Notes under the pieces: generated by a model
Seen by the model: only the letters and a program-made list of their open reading frames with translations
Databases searched by the model: none
What the model was told of the DNA's origin: nothing
Assembly: GCF_009914755.1 (NCBI RefSeq)
Contig: NC_060934.1
Length of the DNA: 64,000 nt
Reading direction: 5' to 3' (one strand)
Origin: the human T2T-CHM13v2.0 reference genome, Homo sapiens
Made by a program: the position numbers and the translations under genes
Shown here: positions 1-26,412 of the stretch, piece after piece
Layout: every line of letters begins with the position of its first letter
How positions within the stretch are numbered: the stretch's first letter is position 1

Positions 1-2963
<2,963 letters not shown>

Positions 2964-3670
2964 AGAGAGAATAGACATAGGGGAAATTCCTAATAATGTA
3001 ATGAATGTTTGAAAATCTGCTGTAAAAGACAACTACAAAGTAACTGAATACATGTAGAAGAAATGCTACTAATACATGTAGGGAATATGGGGAAATATTT
3101 TGCTATAATTTGGAGTTTATTAAAGAACTTACATAGGAAATAATCTAATGACTCACATGGATATATGAAAATGTTCTTCCAGAGAATGACCATTAATAAA
3201 AATAAGATAAACCACATTTAGAAAAAACCGTCAACATTCTGTGGGTTTTTTTTTTCTTGTGACAACTTTATGCACAAGTTTTACTCATTGTGTATTAAAG
3301 AAATAATAGGGAAGACACTCAAAGAATGCAGCAAATGTTGTTGAGCCTATATCAAGAAATGCCATTTTACTGAGCAAGATAATTCATATTGAGTTAAAGT
3401 TATAACAGATATTTTGAATGTGAAGACATTAACAAAAATTCAGACCTTATTATATCTGAAGATTGTGTTAAAGGAAATGTGTCAATTTAGGAAATAATGA
3501 ATAGAAATTTTCTTCTAGATACAATATTATACTGAAAGTCATGTTTTAAAAAACTCAGTCATGTTTTGTTCTGACCCCAAATTTTTAAATGTAAATATAA
3601 CTGTAAATAGAATTCTATACAAATAATAACTGTAGAGTATGAAGATTTTTATAAAGTACAAATAAATTCA
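2964..3670 (+). pseudogene. Highly decayed C2H2 zinc-finger array relic (3' end of a ZNF pseudogene or its UTR)
   Basis: agagaatagacataggggaaattcctaataatgtaatgaatgt resembles degenerate RIH.GEKPYKCNEC codons; further linker-like words (cttacatagga, ataattcatattgag); AATAAA at 3661-3666. Confidence 0.5.
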
Positions 3671-4614
3671 ATAACCTTTTCAGTCTCTGAGTCCACTTTT
3701 GGGGAAAGAGTGTTACCCCATGGCCCTTCCTATCATGAGCCTCTCCTGTCCTTGATTAGTCTGCCCTCCAACTATACTGTTGCCTCTGCGTTTTCTGCCT
3801 AGTGGACCTACCCTTAGGGGAGCTCAGGATGGACGACCCTCTTACCAGAACGTACACTGGGACCAGCCAGAGGCAGTGGGATATACGTTGTCCTTGAGGC
3901 TGCATCTGCCCCTCTTCCTAGGTGCAGAGACTGGAAACCACATTAAGTGTGTGTACAAAGCTAGAGGACCACCTAGAAACCTCTAGCCCATGTGACCTTA
4001 GTCTCCAATTCAGAGCCACAGGAAGCTCAGTATAGCTTACTTTTTTTGAATCCAAGCCTATTGACTCAATTTTAGTGAACACTTTTAGGTGGGCTGGTGT
4101 AGTTTTAGTCAAATATTTCATAACATAACCATCAGTGTACTTATTGCAGCTTGGAAGTAAAGTATTACACAAGTAGTTGAAGCATCTGCATATCATTCCC
4201 AAATTCCTTTAACTTCCTATAACCTTTACCACCTTTAAGCCTTATTTTCAACTTGGCTTTTATTGATACCACATCTCATTACTTTTATTCTTTCTTTCCA
4301 TATAACACATATACTATTGTGTATGTACAATAACATTTTGTTGTTTTGCAAGTATTTGCAAAAGTTGAAGTTATTCAGCTTTTGTCTTCAAATGCATGGT
4401 TTTGACCTTTTTACCTGCTGATATGTTTAGCTTTACTTATTTTAATAAGGTATAATAAATGACTTTGTGTAACTATAAAATATTGTCCATTTTCCTGTTT
4501 ATGAAATTTCAAAATTTTGTTTCACTATTAAAACAATGTATGATAATTTTTATAAATCAACTTAGGTATAATTTAAACATGGTAAAAGATACCCTGTTTA
4601 GCCAATTTTATGAG

Positions 4615-4982
4615 TGATATGGTTTGGGGCTCTGTGTCCCCACCCAAATTGCATCTTGAATTGTAATCCCCATGTGTTGAAGGAAGGACCTGACAAGAGG
4701 TGATTGGATCATGGGAGTGGTTTCTCCCGTGCTGTTCTCATGATAGTGAGGGAGTTCTCACGAGATCTGATATTTTCAAAAACGTCAGTTTCCCCTGCAC
4801 TCACTTGCTGTCTCCTGCCGCCCTGTTAATAAGTTGCCTGCTTCCCCTTCACTTTTCACCATGATTGTAAGTCTCCTGAGGCCTCCCCAGCCATTCTGAA
4901 CTGTGAGTAATTAAACTTCTTTTGTTTTTAAATTAACCAGTCTCAGGTAGTATCGTTATAGCTGTGAGAACGGACTAATACA
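4615..4982 (+). mobile_element. THE1D-like MaLR solo LTR
   Basis: Starts TGATATGGTTTGG, ends GGACTAATACA, 5-bp TSD ATGAG on both sides. Strand follows the consensus text as recalled. Confidence 0.85.
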
Positions 4983-5040
4983 ATGAGTTTTTACAACAGT
5001 ATACCCTCATGTAGTAACTACCACACTTAAGATGCAGAGC

Positions 5041-5933
5041 AGAATCTACAAATAACTTAAATTTACAAGAAAAAAACAACCCCATCAAAAAGTGGGCAAA
5101 GGATATGAACAGACACTTCTCAAAAAGAAGACATTTATGCAGCCAACAGACACATGAAAAAATGCTCATCATCACTGGTCATCAGAGAAATGCAAATCAA
5201 AACCACAGTGAGATACTATCTCACACCAGTTAGAATGACAATCATTAAAAAGTCAGGAAACAACAGTTGCTGGAGAGGATGTGGAGAAATAGGAATGCTT
5301 TTACACTGTTGGTGGGAGTATAAACTAGCTCAATTACTGTAGAAGACAATGTGGCAATTCCTTAAGGATATAGAACTAGAAATACCATTTGACCCAGCCA
5401 TCCCATTACTGGGTATATACCCAAAGGATTATAAATCATGCTACTGTAAAGACACATGCACATGTATGTTTATTGTGGCACTATTCACAATAGCAAAGAC
5501 TTGGAACCAACCCAGATGTTCATCAATGATAGACTAGATTAAGAAAATGTGGCACATATACATCATGGAATACTATGCAGCCATAAAAAAGGATGAGTTC
5601 ATGTCCTTTGCAGGGACATGGATGAAGCTGGAAACCATTATTCTCAGCAAACTATGACAAGGACAGAAAACCAAACACCGTATGTTCTCACTCATAGGTG
5701 GGAGTTGAACAATGAGAACACTTGGACACAGAGCGGGGAACATCAAACACCAGGGCCTGTCAGGGGTTGGGGGCTGGGGGAGGGATAGCATTAGGAGAAA
5801 TACCTAATGTAAATGACGAGTTGATGGGTGCAGCAAACCAACATGGCACATGTATACCTATGTAACAAACCTGCATGTTGTGCACATGTACCCTAGAACT
5901 TAAAGTATAATTTTAAAAAAAGTATAATAAAAA
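5041..5933 (+). mobile_element. 5'-truncated L1PA (older than the element at 1-2963)
   Basis: ORF2 C-terminal peptides (5154-5537), L1 3' UTR, A-tail, TSD AAGAT(G/A)CAGAGCA. Confidence 0.92.
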
Positions 5934-6035
5934 AAGATACAGAGCATACCCATTACCCAGAAAGATTTCCCATTCCTCTTCCCAGTCACTCACTTCCCCT
6001 TTTCCCCTCCTGGCCCTGGCAACCAATTAATCCAC

Positions 6036-6159
6036 TTTTTTTTTTTTTTTTTTTTTTTTTGAGATGGAGTCTCGCTCTGTCGCCAGGCAGACCTCATGAT
6101 CCACCTGCCTCGGCCTCCCAAAGTGCTGGGATTACAGGTGTGAGCCACTGTGCCTGGCC
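6036..6159 (-). mobile_element. Internally deleted Alu
   Basis: Poly-T, Alu 3' end joined directly to Alu 5' end at ~6090, flanked by an AATT(A)ATCCAC duplication. Confidence 0.85.
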
Positions 6160-6405
6160 CTAATTATCCACTTTCTATCACCAGGCTAGATTTATCTTTT
6201 GTAGCATTTCACATAAATGGAGTTATACAGGATTTACTCATTTGTGTCTGTCTGCTTTGATTCAGCATGATTTTGAGATTCACCTATGTTTTAACATGTG
6301 TTAGTAACACCTTCATGTTATTGATAACTAGTATTCTATTGTATGTGTATATTTTGACTTATATATTCTGTTGTTTCTGGTTTTTGATTGCAAGGAATAT
6401 ACTTG

Positions 6406-6830
6406 CTGCTATCATTTGGATGTGTGTCCTGTCTGAACTTCATGTTGAAATTTGATCCCATGTTAGAGGTGGCACCTAATAGGTGGTGTTTGGATCCTAG
6501 AGGCAGATCCTTCATGAATAGATGATGCCCTCTCTCAAGGGTGAGAGAGTCCTCGCTCCAATAGTTTCCATGAGAGCTGGTTGTTAAAAATAGCCTGGCA
6601 CCTCCCTTAACTCTCTTGGTTCCTCTCTTACCATTTGATCTCCATGCACAGTGATCACTGGGTCTCTTCTGCCAAACGAAAGCAGTCTGAGGCCCTCACA
6701 AGATGTCCAATCTTAAGCTTTCTCAGACATCAGAATCATGAGCCAAATAAACCTCTTTTCTTTAAAAATAAAATTTATTTATAAATTATATCATATATTC
6801 CTTTATAGCAACACAAAATGTACTAAAACA
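6406..6830 (+). mobile_element. MST-family MaLR solo LTR
   Basis: TGCTAT..TTTGGATGT start, GAGCCAAATAAACCTCTTTTCTT, ends ACTAAAACA. Confidence 0.75.
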
Positions 6831-7824
6831 GCTGCCAGGGGACATTCTTGTGTATTCTTCTGTAGACATGAGTTTTTATTTATCTTGGGTGAATACTTGA
6901 TGTAAAATTTCTAGGTTTGTAGGATAAGTACATGCAAAGCTTTCATTTGGCTTTATATATACTTACTTTGCAAACCTAGGGTTGTACCATTTTACATTTT
7001 TGTCATTAATGTTTGAGAGTTTTAATTCTACATTTTTGCCAATACTTGCCATTGTCACTGTTTTTAATGTAGTTACTCTAATCAGTGTATAGTGGCATTT
7101 CACTGTGTTTTTCACTTGCATTCACCTGATGAATAATGATGTTATGCGTTTTTCACTTATTAGCCATTTGTATGTCATATTTTATGAAATGTCTGCTTAC
7201 ATTGTTTCCCCACTTTTTAGTTGGGTTTTTTGTCTTGCTATTAATTGAATTTCAGGAATTCTCTATTCATTGTGAATATTATTCCCCAGTCTGTGGAATT
7301 TTTTTTTTTTTTTTTTTTTTTTTTTTGTGAGACAGAGTTTTGCTCTTTTTGCCCAGACTGGAGTACAATGGAACAATCTTGGCTTACTGCAACCTCCACC
7401 TCCTGGAGTTCAAGCGATTCTCCTGCCTCAGCGTGCCAAGTAGCCGGGACAACAAGCATGTGCTCTTCTTTAATGGTCTTGTCTAAGAAATCTTTAATGT
7501 TAGCAAAGTTTTTTTCCCCATGTTTTCTCAGTGTCTTAACTCTGTTTTTAGATCTATTTTGAGTAAATTTATTCAAAATGTCTGATCTATTTTGAGTAAA
7601 TGTGATCTATTTTGAGTTAATTTTTGTGTATGGTATAAATTAAGGATTGAGATGTATTTTCTCCCACTTGACTATTCAGTTGTTTCATCACCATTTGTTG
7701 AAAAGTTTAACTTTTTCTATTGAATTACCTCAGTACCTTTGTTGAAATCCAGTTAATTATTTGTGTGTGTTTGCCTGTATATGGGAGGGGGATGCTATGT
7801 ACCTGTGGACTCTTAATTTTACAC

Positions 7825-8172
7825 CAGGGGTCCCCAACTCCCAGGTAGCGGACCAGTGCCAGTCCATGGCTTGTTAGGAACCCTGCTTCACAGCAGGAGG
7901 TGAGCAGCGGGTGAGCAAGCAAGCATTACTGCCTGAGTTCTGCCTCCTGTCAGATCAGCGGCAGCATTAGATTTTCACAGGAGGGCAAACCCTATTGTAA
8001 ACTGAGCATACAAGGGATTTGGTTGTGCGTGCTGTATAAGAGTCTAACTAGGGCCTGATGACCTGAGGTAGAACAGTTTCATCCCGAAACCATCCCCTCC
8101 CCCACCCACCCTGGTCTGGAAAAATTGTCTTCCACAAAAGCAGTCCCTGGTGCCAAATGTTGGAGACCACTG
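7825..8172 (+). mobile_element. MER1B-like hAT-Charlie DNA transposon fossil
   Basis: TIRs CAGGGGTCCCCAAC / GTTGGAGACCACTG; degenerate 8-bp TSD. Confidence 0.8.
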
Positions 8173-8276
8173 TATTACATCGACCTTTGTATCTTCTTTA
8201 CAGAGCATTGTCTTAGCTTTAAAGTACATCTTTAAATGAAGTCCTATAAGTTCTTCAAGTTTGTTTTCTGCTTTAA

Positions 8277-8522
<246 letters not shown>

Positions 8523-9029
8523 TGATCCACCCTCCTCAGCCTCCCAATGTGCTGAGATTACAGGCATGAGCCAATGCGCCCAGCATCATTTAGACTTTTC
8601 TAAGTCCTTTGCATTTCCACTTAAATTTTAGAATGAGCTTGTCAGTTTCTTAAAAAAAAAAGCGCTGCTTTGATTAGGATTTCATTTACTCTAAATTACT
8701 TTGGGGAAAATTGACATCTTGATATTGACTCATCCATGAATATGATATCTCTCTCCATTTAAGTGTGCCTTTAATTTAATTGGGTCTTTAATTGTTTCTC
8801 AACAATGCTTTTAATTGCCAGTGTATGGATGTTGCACATGTTAAATTTTTCCCTAGGTATATCTTGGTTTTGGGTGCTATTGTAAATATTATTATTTAAT
8901 TTCAATTACCAGTTGTCCCTTGTTTGTATTTAGAAATACACTTGATATTTGTACACTGACCCTATTTCCATTGATCTTGATAAACTTAATTTTGATATCT
9001 TTTGTGAATCCCTGAGATTTTCTGTATAT

Positions 9030-10530
<1,501 letters not shown>

Positions 10531-10536
10531 TAAGTG

Positions 10537-10958
10537 GAGTTGACCCTTGATCAATGTGAGGTTTAAGAATATAGACCCCTGCATAATCTAAAATTCATGT
10601 ATAATTTTTTACTCTCCCAAAACTTCTAACAGCCTGCTGTTCACCAGAAGCTTTGCCAGTATTAATTGATTAACACATATTTTGAAGGTTATATGTATGA
10701 TATGCTGTATTCTTACAATAAAGCTACAGAAAAGAAAATGTTACCGAGATAATTATAAGGAAGAGAAAATATGTTTACTATTCATTAAGTGGAAGTGGAT
10801 CATCATAAAAGTCTTCATCCTTATCTTCACATGGAGTAGTCTGAGGAGGAGGAGAAAGAAGAGAGGTTGCTCTTGCTGTCTTAGGGGCGGCAGAGGTGGA
10901 AGAAAATTCACATTTACATGAACTGCCGTTTAAACCTGTGTTATTCAAGGGCCAGCTG
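10537..10958. mobile_element. Tigger2a-like DNA transposon
   Basis: TIRs AGTTGACCCTTGA / TCAAGGGCCAGCTG followed by TA. Confidence 0.7.
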
Positions 10959-10959
10959 T

Positions 10960-17025
<6,066 letters not shown>

Positions 17026-17028
17026 TAA

Positions 17029-18029
17029 TGTTGCTGTCTTACCAATACACCACAATGTAGCAGTCTCTCATTATGAGGTATCACCCAGGGGCCAAGAAAA
17101 TTAAGGAGCATGGACCCAAAGGGAGAGGTTGGAGAGAAAGTTTAATAAGTGAAAGAAGAAAGCTCTCTGCAGCAAAGAGGGGGGCCCGAGTGGGTTGCCC
17201 ACTGTGAGGCTGGGGGCTGGGGTTTTTATGGACTGGGAAGGGAAAGGACATGCTAAGTAGTCTTGAAGAGAGCGCTACTCAGCTTGGCCTGGGACCAATC
17301 AGGAGCGGAAGGGAAAGCTTGGCCTGGGACAAATCAGAGGCTGAAGTGATGGTTCACAGTGGCTCGGCTCACAATCCAAAGCATGTCCAGAAAAGGAAAG
17401 GAAAGTGCCCACCGGAACCCACTGTGTACATGCCCAAAAACGAAGAGACTATTTCCTGGAAGCCCACTGGTTATACAAAGGACAAAGGCATTTCTATGTT
17501 TTAGGTCTCGTTCTCTTACCAAGATAGCTGTGGGCATGTCTTTAGGCACAAACAACAAAGGCGTTTCTGTGTTGGGAACAAGTTCCTTCATCTGAGTGGG
17601 CTGGAGATTTGTGCAAGTTTCCTTACCTGTGCCGGCAGCCTGATTTCTCAGGCTGTTTCTCCTTTAAAAAGTTTTACTGGCCGGGCACGGTGGTTCACGC
17701 CTGTAATACCAGTACTTTGGGAGGCTGAGTTGGACGGATCACTTGAGGTCAAGAGTTCAAGATCAGCCTGGCCAACATGGTGAAACCCTGTCTCTACTAA
17801 AAATACCAAAATTAGCGGGGCGTGGTGGTGGGCACCTGTAATCCCAGCTGCTCAGGAGGCTGAGGCAGGAGCATCGCTTTAACCTGGGAGGCAGAGGTTG
17901 TAGTAGTGAGCCAAGATTGTGCCACTGCACTCCAGCCTGGGCAATAGAGCGAGACTCAATCTAAAAACAAAACAAAACAAAATGAGTTTTACCAAGGACC
18001 CACCCTAACCACGTAACTTTTACCTCTCA
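17029..18029 (-). mobile_element. MER4-group ERV1 solo LTR (MER50/MER61-like) with an Alu inserted at ~17679-17982
   Basis: TG...CA termini, 4-bp TSD ATAA; subfamily from recall. Confidence 0.65.
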
Positions 18030-19583
18030 ATAAGGTAATTCTATGTTTAACTTTTTGAGAAACTACCAAACTATTTTCCACATCAGCTACAAGGACAGAT
18101 GCTCAGTAAAAGACTGAGACCCAATGATATCAGTATAGAACGTTTCCCCTCACCTCACACCTTAACACACACCAATCGGCTGCCTGTATAATAATGGAGT
18201 TATGGGTAAAAGAACTGCAAGCCTCAGGCCTTAAGAAGGAATAGGGAAACACAGGGATGACAGGGAAGATAAAAATAAGAACACTAGAGGAAATGTTAGC
18301 TTCTGACACCACAGCTACAGCAAACAGTAAATGCAGCCCAACTCCTAGCCAGATAAAATGAAACTTTGATGTTTCAGGAATAATTTTAAAAACAAAGATT
18401 AAAAAAATTTGTTTAAATGAAACTTTACACTAAAGGCCCATATCCATCTATCCCTTTTACCCAATATATCATTTCTGGCTTTCAATAACAACAACAACAA
18501 AATCAAAGGCATGCTAAGAGACAAAAAAAAAAAAAAAAAAAAAAAAAAAGCAAAACCCTCTAACTAGAAAGCATCAGATCTCAATTTAGATATGGAAGAG
18601 GTTGTGGAATTATTGGAGCAAGAATTTAAAGTTTATGTGATTAGTATACTTAGAACTCTGATGGAGAAAGTGGACAACATGCAGGAATAGATGGGTAATA
18701 TAAACAAAGGCTTAGAAACTAAAAGAACAAAAAGGAAATGGTAGAAATAAAAAACACTCTAACAGAAATGAAGACAGTAGATAAAACATAGCTGAGGAAA
18801 TAATCAGTGAACATGGAGATGTCACTAGGAGCTTTCAAAGCTGATGATCAAAGAGAAAGAATGAAAATTTGAAAAACGTAAGAGCTATGGGACAATTACA
18901 AAACGTGTAACACATGTAAATTGGAAATAACAGAGGAAGAAAAAAGGAACTGAAGGAATAATAATGAGTGAGAATTTTCCAACATTAGTGACAAACATAA
19001 ACCACACATCCAGAAAGCTCAGAGAACACCAAGTAGGACACACCAAAAAACCCACACCTAGGCCTATCATATTCAAACTACAGAAAATTCTAAGATAAAG
19101 AGAAAGCACTGAAAGAAGCCAGTGGGGGTGGGGGTGGTAACAACTTACCCATAGAAAAGTAAGGATAATAATTACATTGTAATTTGCTTCAAAAACTATT
19201 CAAGCAGAAGAGAGTGGAGTGAAATATTTAAAAGGGCGAAAGAAAACCAGTCTAGAATTCTGTATCCAGTGAAATTATCTTTTACTGGTGAAGGTGAAAT
19301 AAAGACTCTCAAATAAACAAAATTGAAGGAGATTGTCATTAGTAGACCTATCTTGTAAAAGAAGCTCTTCCAGGAGAAGGAACATGGTATGGGGTTGAAA
19401 CTCAGATATACATAAAGGAAGAGAGTTAGAGAAGGAATAAATAATAGTCTAATAATATGTTTTATTTTTCTTATTCTGATCTAACAGCAGTTCAAGTGCA
19501 TTTTGTGATTATAGCTAATGGATAAATGAAATTAATGACTGCAGCGTTATAGGGGATGAAAGAGAACAGGTTGGGATACTCTG

Positions 19584-19956
19584 TGTATTAGTTCATTATC
19601 ACACTGCTAATAAAGACATACCCAAGACTGAGTAATTTATAAAGGAAAGAGGTTTAATTGGCTCACAGTTCAGCATGGCTGGGGAGGCCTCAGGAAACTT
19701 ACAATTATGGTGGAAGGGGAAGCAAACAACATCCTTCTTCACATGGTGGCAGCAACGAGACATGCCAAGCAAAACGGGAAAAAGACCCTTATAAAACCAT
19801 CAGATCTCATGAGAAGTCACTATCATGAGAATAGCATAAGGGTAACTGCCCCCATAATTAAATTACCTCCCACTGGGTCCCTCCCATGACACGTGGGGAT
19901 TATGGGAACTACAATTCAAGATGACATTTGGGTGGGAACACAGCCAAACCATATCA
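19584..19956 (-). mobile_element. THE1 (THE1C-like) solo LTR
   Basis: TGTATTAG...AAACCATATCA, TSD CTCTG. Confidence 0.88.
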
Positions 19957-20919
19957 CTCTGTTACGAAGTACCTACATGCACTGCCTGTGAAGCATTATA
20001 TAGTGTTGCTTGAAAGTGGTCTTGAATTAGTTTACACTGTATGTTGCAAACTCTAGGACAACATTTGAATTTATTTCAAAAAATTTTTGAATGTATATGA
20101 AGAGATAGAAAAGCCATAGATTTGGAAAAAATATTGGCAAAATACATGTTTGATTAAGGATGGTTATCCAGAATATACACAGAACTCAAAACTCAACAGT
20201 AAAAACCAAGCAAAATTGTTAAAAACTGGGCAAAAGAGCTGATCAGACACATCACCACAGAAGATATATAGAAGGCAAATGAGCATATGAAAAGATGCTC
20301 AACATCATGTGTCCCTAGGGAATTGCAAACAAAAACAATAACATACCACTACAAACATAATGGCCAATGTCCAAAACCCTAATAAAACCAAATGCTTTTG
20401 AGGATGTAGAACAACAAGAACTCTCACTCATTGCTAATGAGAATGCAAAATAATACAGCCACTGTCAGGCTGGGCATGGTGGCTCACACCTGTAATCTCA
20501 GCATTTTGGGAGGTCTGAAGTCAGGAGTTTGAGACCAGCCTGGCCAAGGTGGTGAAACCCCATCTCTACTAAAAATACAAAAATTAGCTGAGCTTAGTGG
20601 TGGGCTCCTGTAATCCCAGCTACTCGAGAGGCTTAGGCAGGAAAATCACTTGAACCTGGGAGGCAGAGTTTGCAATGAGCTGAGGTCATGCCACTGCACT
20701 CCTTCCTGGGCGACAGAGGGAGACTCTGTCTCAAAAAAAAAAAGAAAAGAAAAAAGAAACATGGTAGATATTCAACACAACATTCAAGCATCCAACCTGA
20801 GGGCCAAATCAATAATGCAATCCTATTCACAAGAGCCACAAAAAGAATACCTAGGGGCTGGGTGCAGTGGCTCACGCCAGTAATCCCAGCACTTTTTGGG
20901 AGGCCAAGTGGGTGGATCA

Positions 20920-21171
<252 letters not shown>

Positions 21172-22883
21172 CTAGAAATAGAGCTAACCAAGGAGGTCAA
21201 AGATCTCTAAAATGAGAATTACAACACACTGCTCAAAGAAACAAACAAATGGAAAAAACATTCTGTGCTCATGGATATTCATATCAAACTGCCAATGACA
21301 TTCTTCAAAGAACTTAAAAAACTGTTTTAAAATTCATATGGAACAACAACAAAAAAAACACTCCAAATAGCCAAGGCAATTCTAAGCAAAATGAACAAAG
21401 CTGGAGGTATTACATTACCTGACTGCAAATTATATTACAAGTCTACAGTAACTAAAACAGCATGGTACTGGTAGAAAAACAGACACATAGACCAATGGAA
21501 CAGAATAGAGAGCCCAGAAATAATGCCATACACCTACAACCATCTGATCTACAACAAAGTCAACAAAAACAAGTCATGGCGAAAGCACTTCCTATTCAAT
21601 AAATGGTGCTGGGATAACTGGCTAGCCATATGCAGAAGATTGAAACTTGAGCTCTTCCTTACACCATATACAAAAATCAACTGAAGATAGATTAGAAACA
21701 CAAACCTAAAACTACGAAATCCCTGGAAGATAACCTAGAAAATATCATTCTGGACACAAGACAGGGCAAAGATTTCATGACAGATTCCAAAAGCAATTGG
21801 AACAAAACCAAAAATTGACAAATGGGACCTAATTAAACTAAAGAGCTTCTGCACAGTAGAAGAAACTCTGTTATTAACTGAGCAAATAGCAACCTACAGA
21901 AACGGAGAAAATATTTGCCAACTATGCATCTGACAAAGGTCTAATATGCAGAATCTGTAAGGAACTTAAAACAGATTTACAAGCAAAAACCAAACAACCC
22001 CATTATAAATTGGTCAAGGGACATGAAAAGACACTTTCCAAAAGAAGACATACTTGTGGCCAAAAAGCATATGAAAAAATGCTCAATATCACTAATCATT
22101 AGAGAAAAGAAATCAGAACCACAATGAAATACCATCTCACAATAGTCTAAACGGCTGTTATTAAAAGTCAAAAACTAACATGCTGGCAAGGTTGTGGAGA
22201 AAAGGGAACACCTATATACTGCTGATAGGAAAGTAAATTAGTTCAGCCATTGTGGAAAACAGTGTGGCAATTTTTAAAAGAAATTAAAACAGAATTACCA
22301 TTTGATCCAGCAATCCCATTATTGGATGTCTACCCAAAGGAATAGAAATCATTCTACCATAAGGACACATGCTGTCACCCCGTTATTAAATATAGTATTG
22401 GAAGTTCTATCGAGGGCAATCAGAAAAGAGAAAGATATAAAAGGCCTCTAAGTTGGAAAGGAAGAAATCAAATTATCCTTGTTTGCAGGTGATATGATCT
22501 TGTATTTGGAAAAACCTAAGGACTCCACCAAAAAACTGACAGGACTAAAAAATTCAGTAAAGTTGCAGGATAGAAAATCAACATACAGAAATCAGTAGCA
22601 TTTCTATATGCCAACAGTGAACAATCTGCAAAAGAAATTTAAAAGGTAATCCCATTTACAATAGCCACAGATAAAATTAAGTACCTAGGAATTATCCAAG
22701 GAAGTGAAGGATCTCTATAATGAAAACTATAAAACACTGATGAAGTTGAAGAGGACACCAAAAAATGGAAAAATATCCCATATTCATGGATTGGAAGAAT
22801 CAATATTGTTAAAATGTCCATACTACTTAAAGCAATCCACAGATTCAATGCAATTCCTATCAAAATACAAATTACCTTCTTCA

Positions 22884-23177
<294 letters not shown>

Positions 23178-24020
23178 TCAAAAAAAAAAAAAAAGAAAAG
23201 AAAAAAGAAAAAACAATCTTTAAATTTATATGGAACCACAAAAGACCTGGAATAGCCAAAGCTATTCTAAGCAAAAAGAACAAAACTAGAGGAATCACAT
23301 TACTTGACTTCAAATTATATTACAGAGGTATAGCAACCAAAATAACATGGTACTGGCATTAAAGCAGACACTTAAACCAATGAAACAGAATAGAGAACCC
23401 AGAAACAAATCCACACATCTACAGTAAACTCATTTTTGACAAAGATGCCAAGAATGTATACTGGGGGAAAGATAGTCTCCTCAACAAATCGTGCTGGGTA
23501 AACTGGATATTCATATGCAAATAATGAAACGAGACCCTTATCTCTCATCATATACAAAAACAGATCAAAGTGGTTAAAAGACTTAAATCTAACACCTCAA
23601 ACTGTGAAACTACTGCAAGAAAACATCGGGGAAAATCTCCATGATGTTAATCTGGGCAAAGACTTCTTAAGCAATACCCCACAAGCACAGGCAACCAAAC
23701 CAAACATGGACAAATGGGACCACATCAAGTTTAAAAGCCTCTGCATAGCAAAAAATACAATCAACAAAGTGAAAAGACAACCCACAGAATTGTAGACAAT
23801 ATTTGCAAACTACCCCTCTGACAAAGGATTAATAACCAGAAAACAGGCCCAGAGCAGTGGCTCATGCCTGTAATCCCAGCACTTTGGGAGGCCAAGGCAG
23901 TTGGATCATAAGGTGAGGAGTTCCAGACCAGCCTGGCCAATATGGTGAAACCCTGTCTCTACTAAAAATACAAAAATTAGCGGGGGCCTGGTGGCATGTG
24001 CCTATAGTCCCAGCTACTCA

Positions 24021-24164
<144 letters not shown>

Positions 24165-24520
24165 TTAATAGTACAATTGGGTGACTATAGTCAATAAGAA
24201 ATTTTACATTTTAAAATAACTTAGAGTGTAATTGGATTGTTTGCAACTCAACAGATAAATGCTTGAGGGGATGGATACCTCATTTCCCCTGATGTTCTTA
24301 TTTCACATTGCATGCCTGTATCAAAACATCTCATGTACACCATAAATATATACACCTACTATGTACCCACAAAAATTAAAGAAGTTTTTTAAAACTTAAA
24401 AAAAAATGCACGTGCATATGTTTGTTACAGCACTATTCACAATAGCAAAATGTGGAATCAAACTCCCATGTATGGTAGACTAGATAAAGAAAATGTGGCA
24501 GTATACACTGTGGAATACTA

Positions 24521-25027
<507 letters not shown>

Positions 25028-26412
25028 TCAAAAAAAAAAAAGAAAGAAAAACTACCTGTAAAGTACTGTGCTTATTACCTGGGTGAGAAAATAATCTGTA
25101 CAGCAAACCCCTGCAACATGAAATTTACCTGTGTAACAAACCTGTACATGTACCTCTGATGCTAAAAGGTTAAGAAAGAAATATGGTATATATTAATCCA
25201 ATTATATCAATAATCACTTTAAATGTGAGTGGTCTAAATACAGCAATTTAAGGAACTATCAGAGTGGATCATGAAACAACTACAAGAAGCCCACATTATA
25301 TAAGAAGAGAGATAAATTAAAAGTAAAGAGATGGAGCAAGCTATGTCATGCCAATATTAATCATAAGAATGCTGGAGTAGGTATATTAATTTCAGAGTAG
25401 ATTTTAGAACAAGGAAAATTATCAGGGATAAAGGAGGGGCATTACACAATGATAAAGGGTTCAACTGTCCAAGAAGACATAACAATTTTGAATGTGTATG
25501 CACCTAACAAGAGTGTCAAAATACATGAGGCAAAAACTGTTAAGAGCTGCAAGGAGAAAGACAAATTCACTATTATAATTGGAGACTTCAGTGCTCTTTC
25601 ATCAGTAATTGATCCAGTGGACAGAAAAACAGTAAGAGTATTGTTGAACTAACTAATTTACATTTACAAGATATTTCATATAACAACAGCAAAATACACA
25701 TTCTTCTCAAGCTCACATGGCATATTCACCAGGATAGATCACATTCTGAACCATAAAATATACAACAAATTTAAAAGGATAAACATCCAAATATGGTTTC
25801 ACAACACAATGGAATTAAACTAAAAATCAATAGCAGAAAAGTAGGAAATCCTAAAGTATTTGGTGATTAATTAAGACACTTCTGGTCAGTATCACTAATC
25901 ATCAAAGAAATACAAATTGAAACCATAATTAGATATTGTCTCACACCTGTTAGGATTACTAAGCTTAAAAAAATGATAGCATGTTTTGGCAAGGATGTGG
26001 AGAAACTGGAACAATTTTTCACTGTTGATGGGACTGTAAAATGGTGCAGCTACTATGGAAAACCGCATGGAGGTTACTAAAACAATTTAAAATAGAACTA
26101 CCATATGATTCAGCAGTTCCACTTCTGGGTATGTATCCAAAAAATTGAAATTAAGATCTCAAAGAGATACTTGCACTCCCATGTTCATTGCAGCATTATT
26201 CACAATAGCCAAGATGTAGAATCAGCCTAAATGTCCATTGACAGATAAATTTTTTAAATATGGTACATACATAAAATGGAATGCTGTTGAGCCTTAAAGA
26301 AAGGTATTCTGCCATATGCAACAACATGGATGAATTGTAAGGACATTACACTAAGTGAAATAAGCCAGTTACAGAAGGACAAATATGGCATGATTTCGGT
26401 TATATTGAGGTA

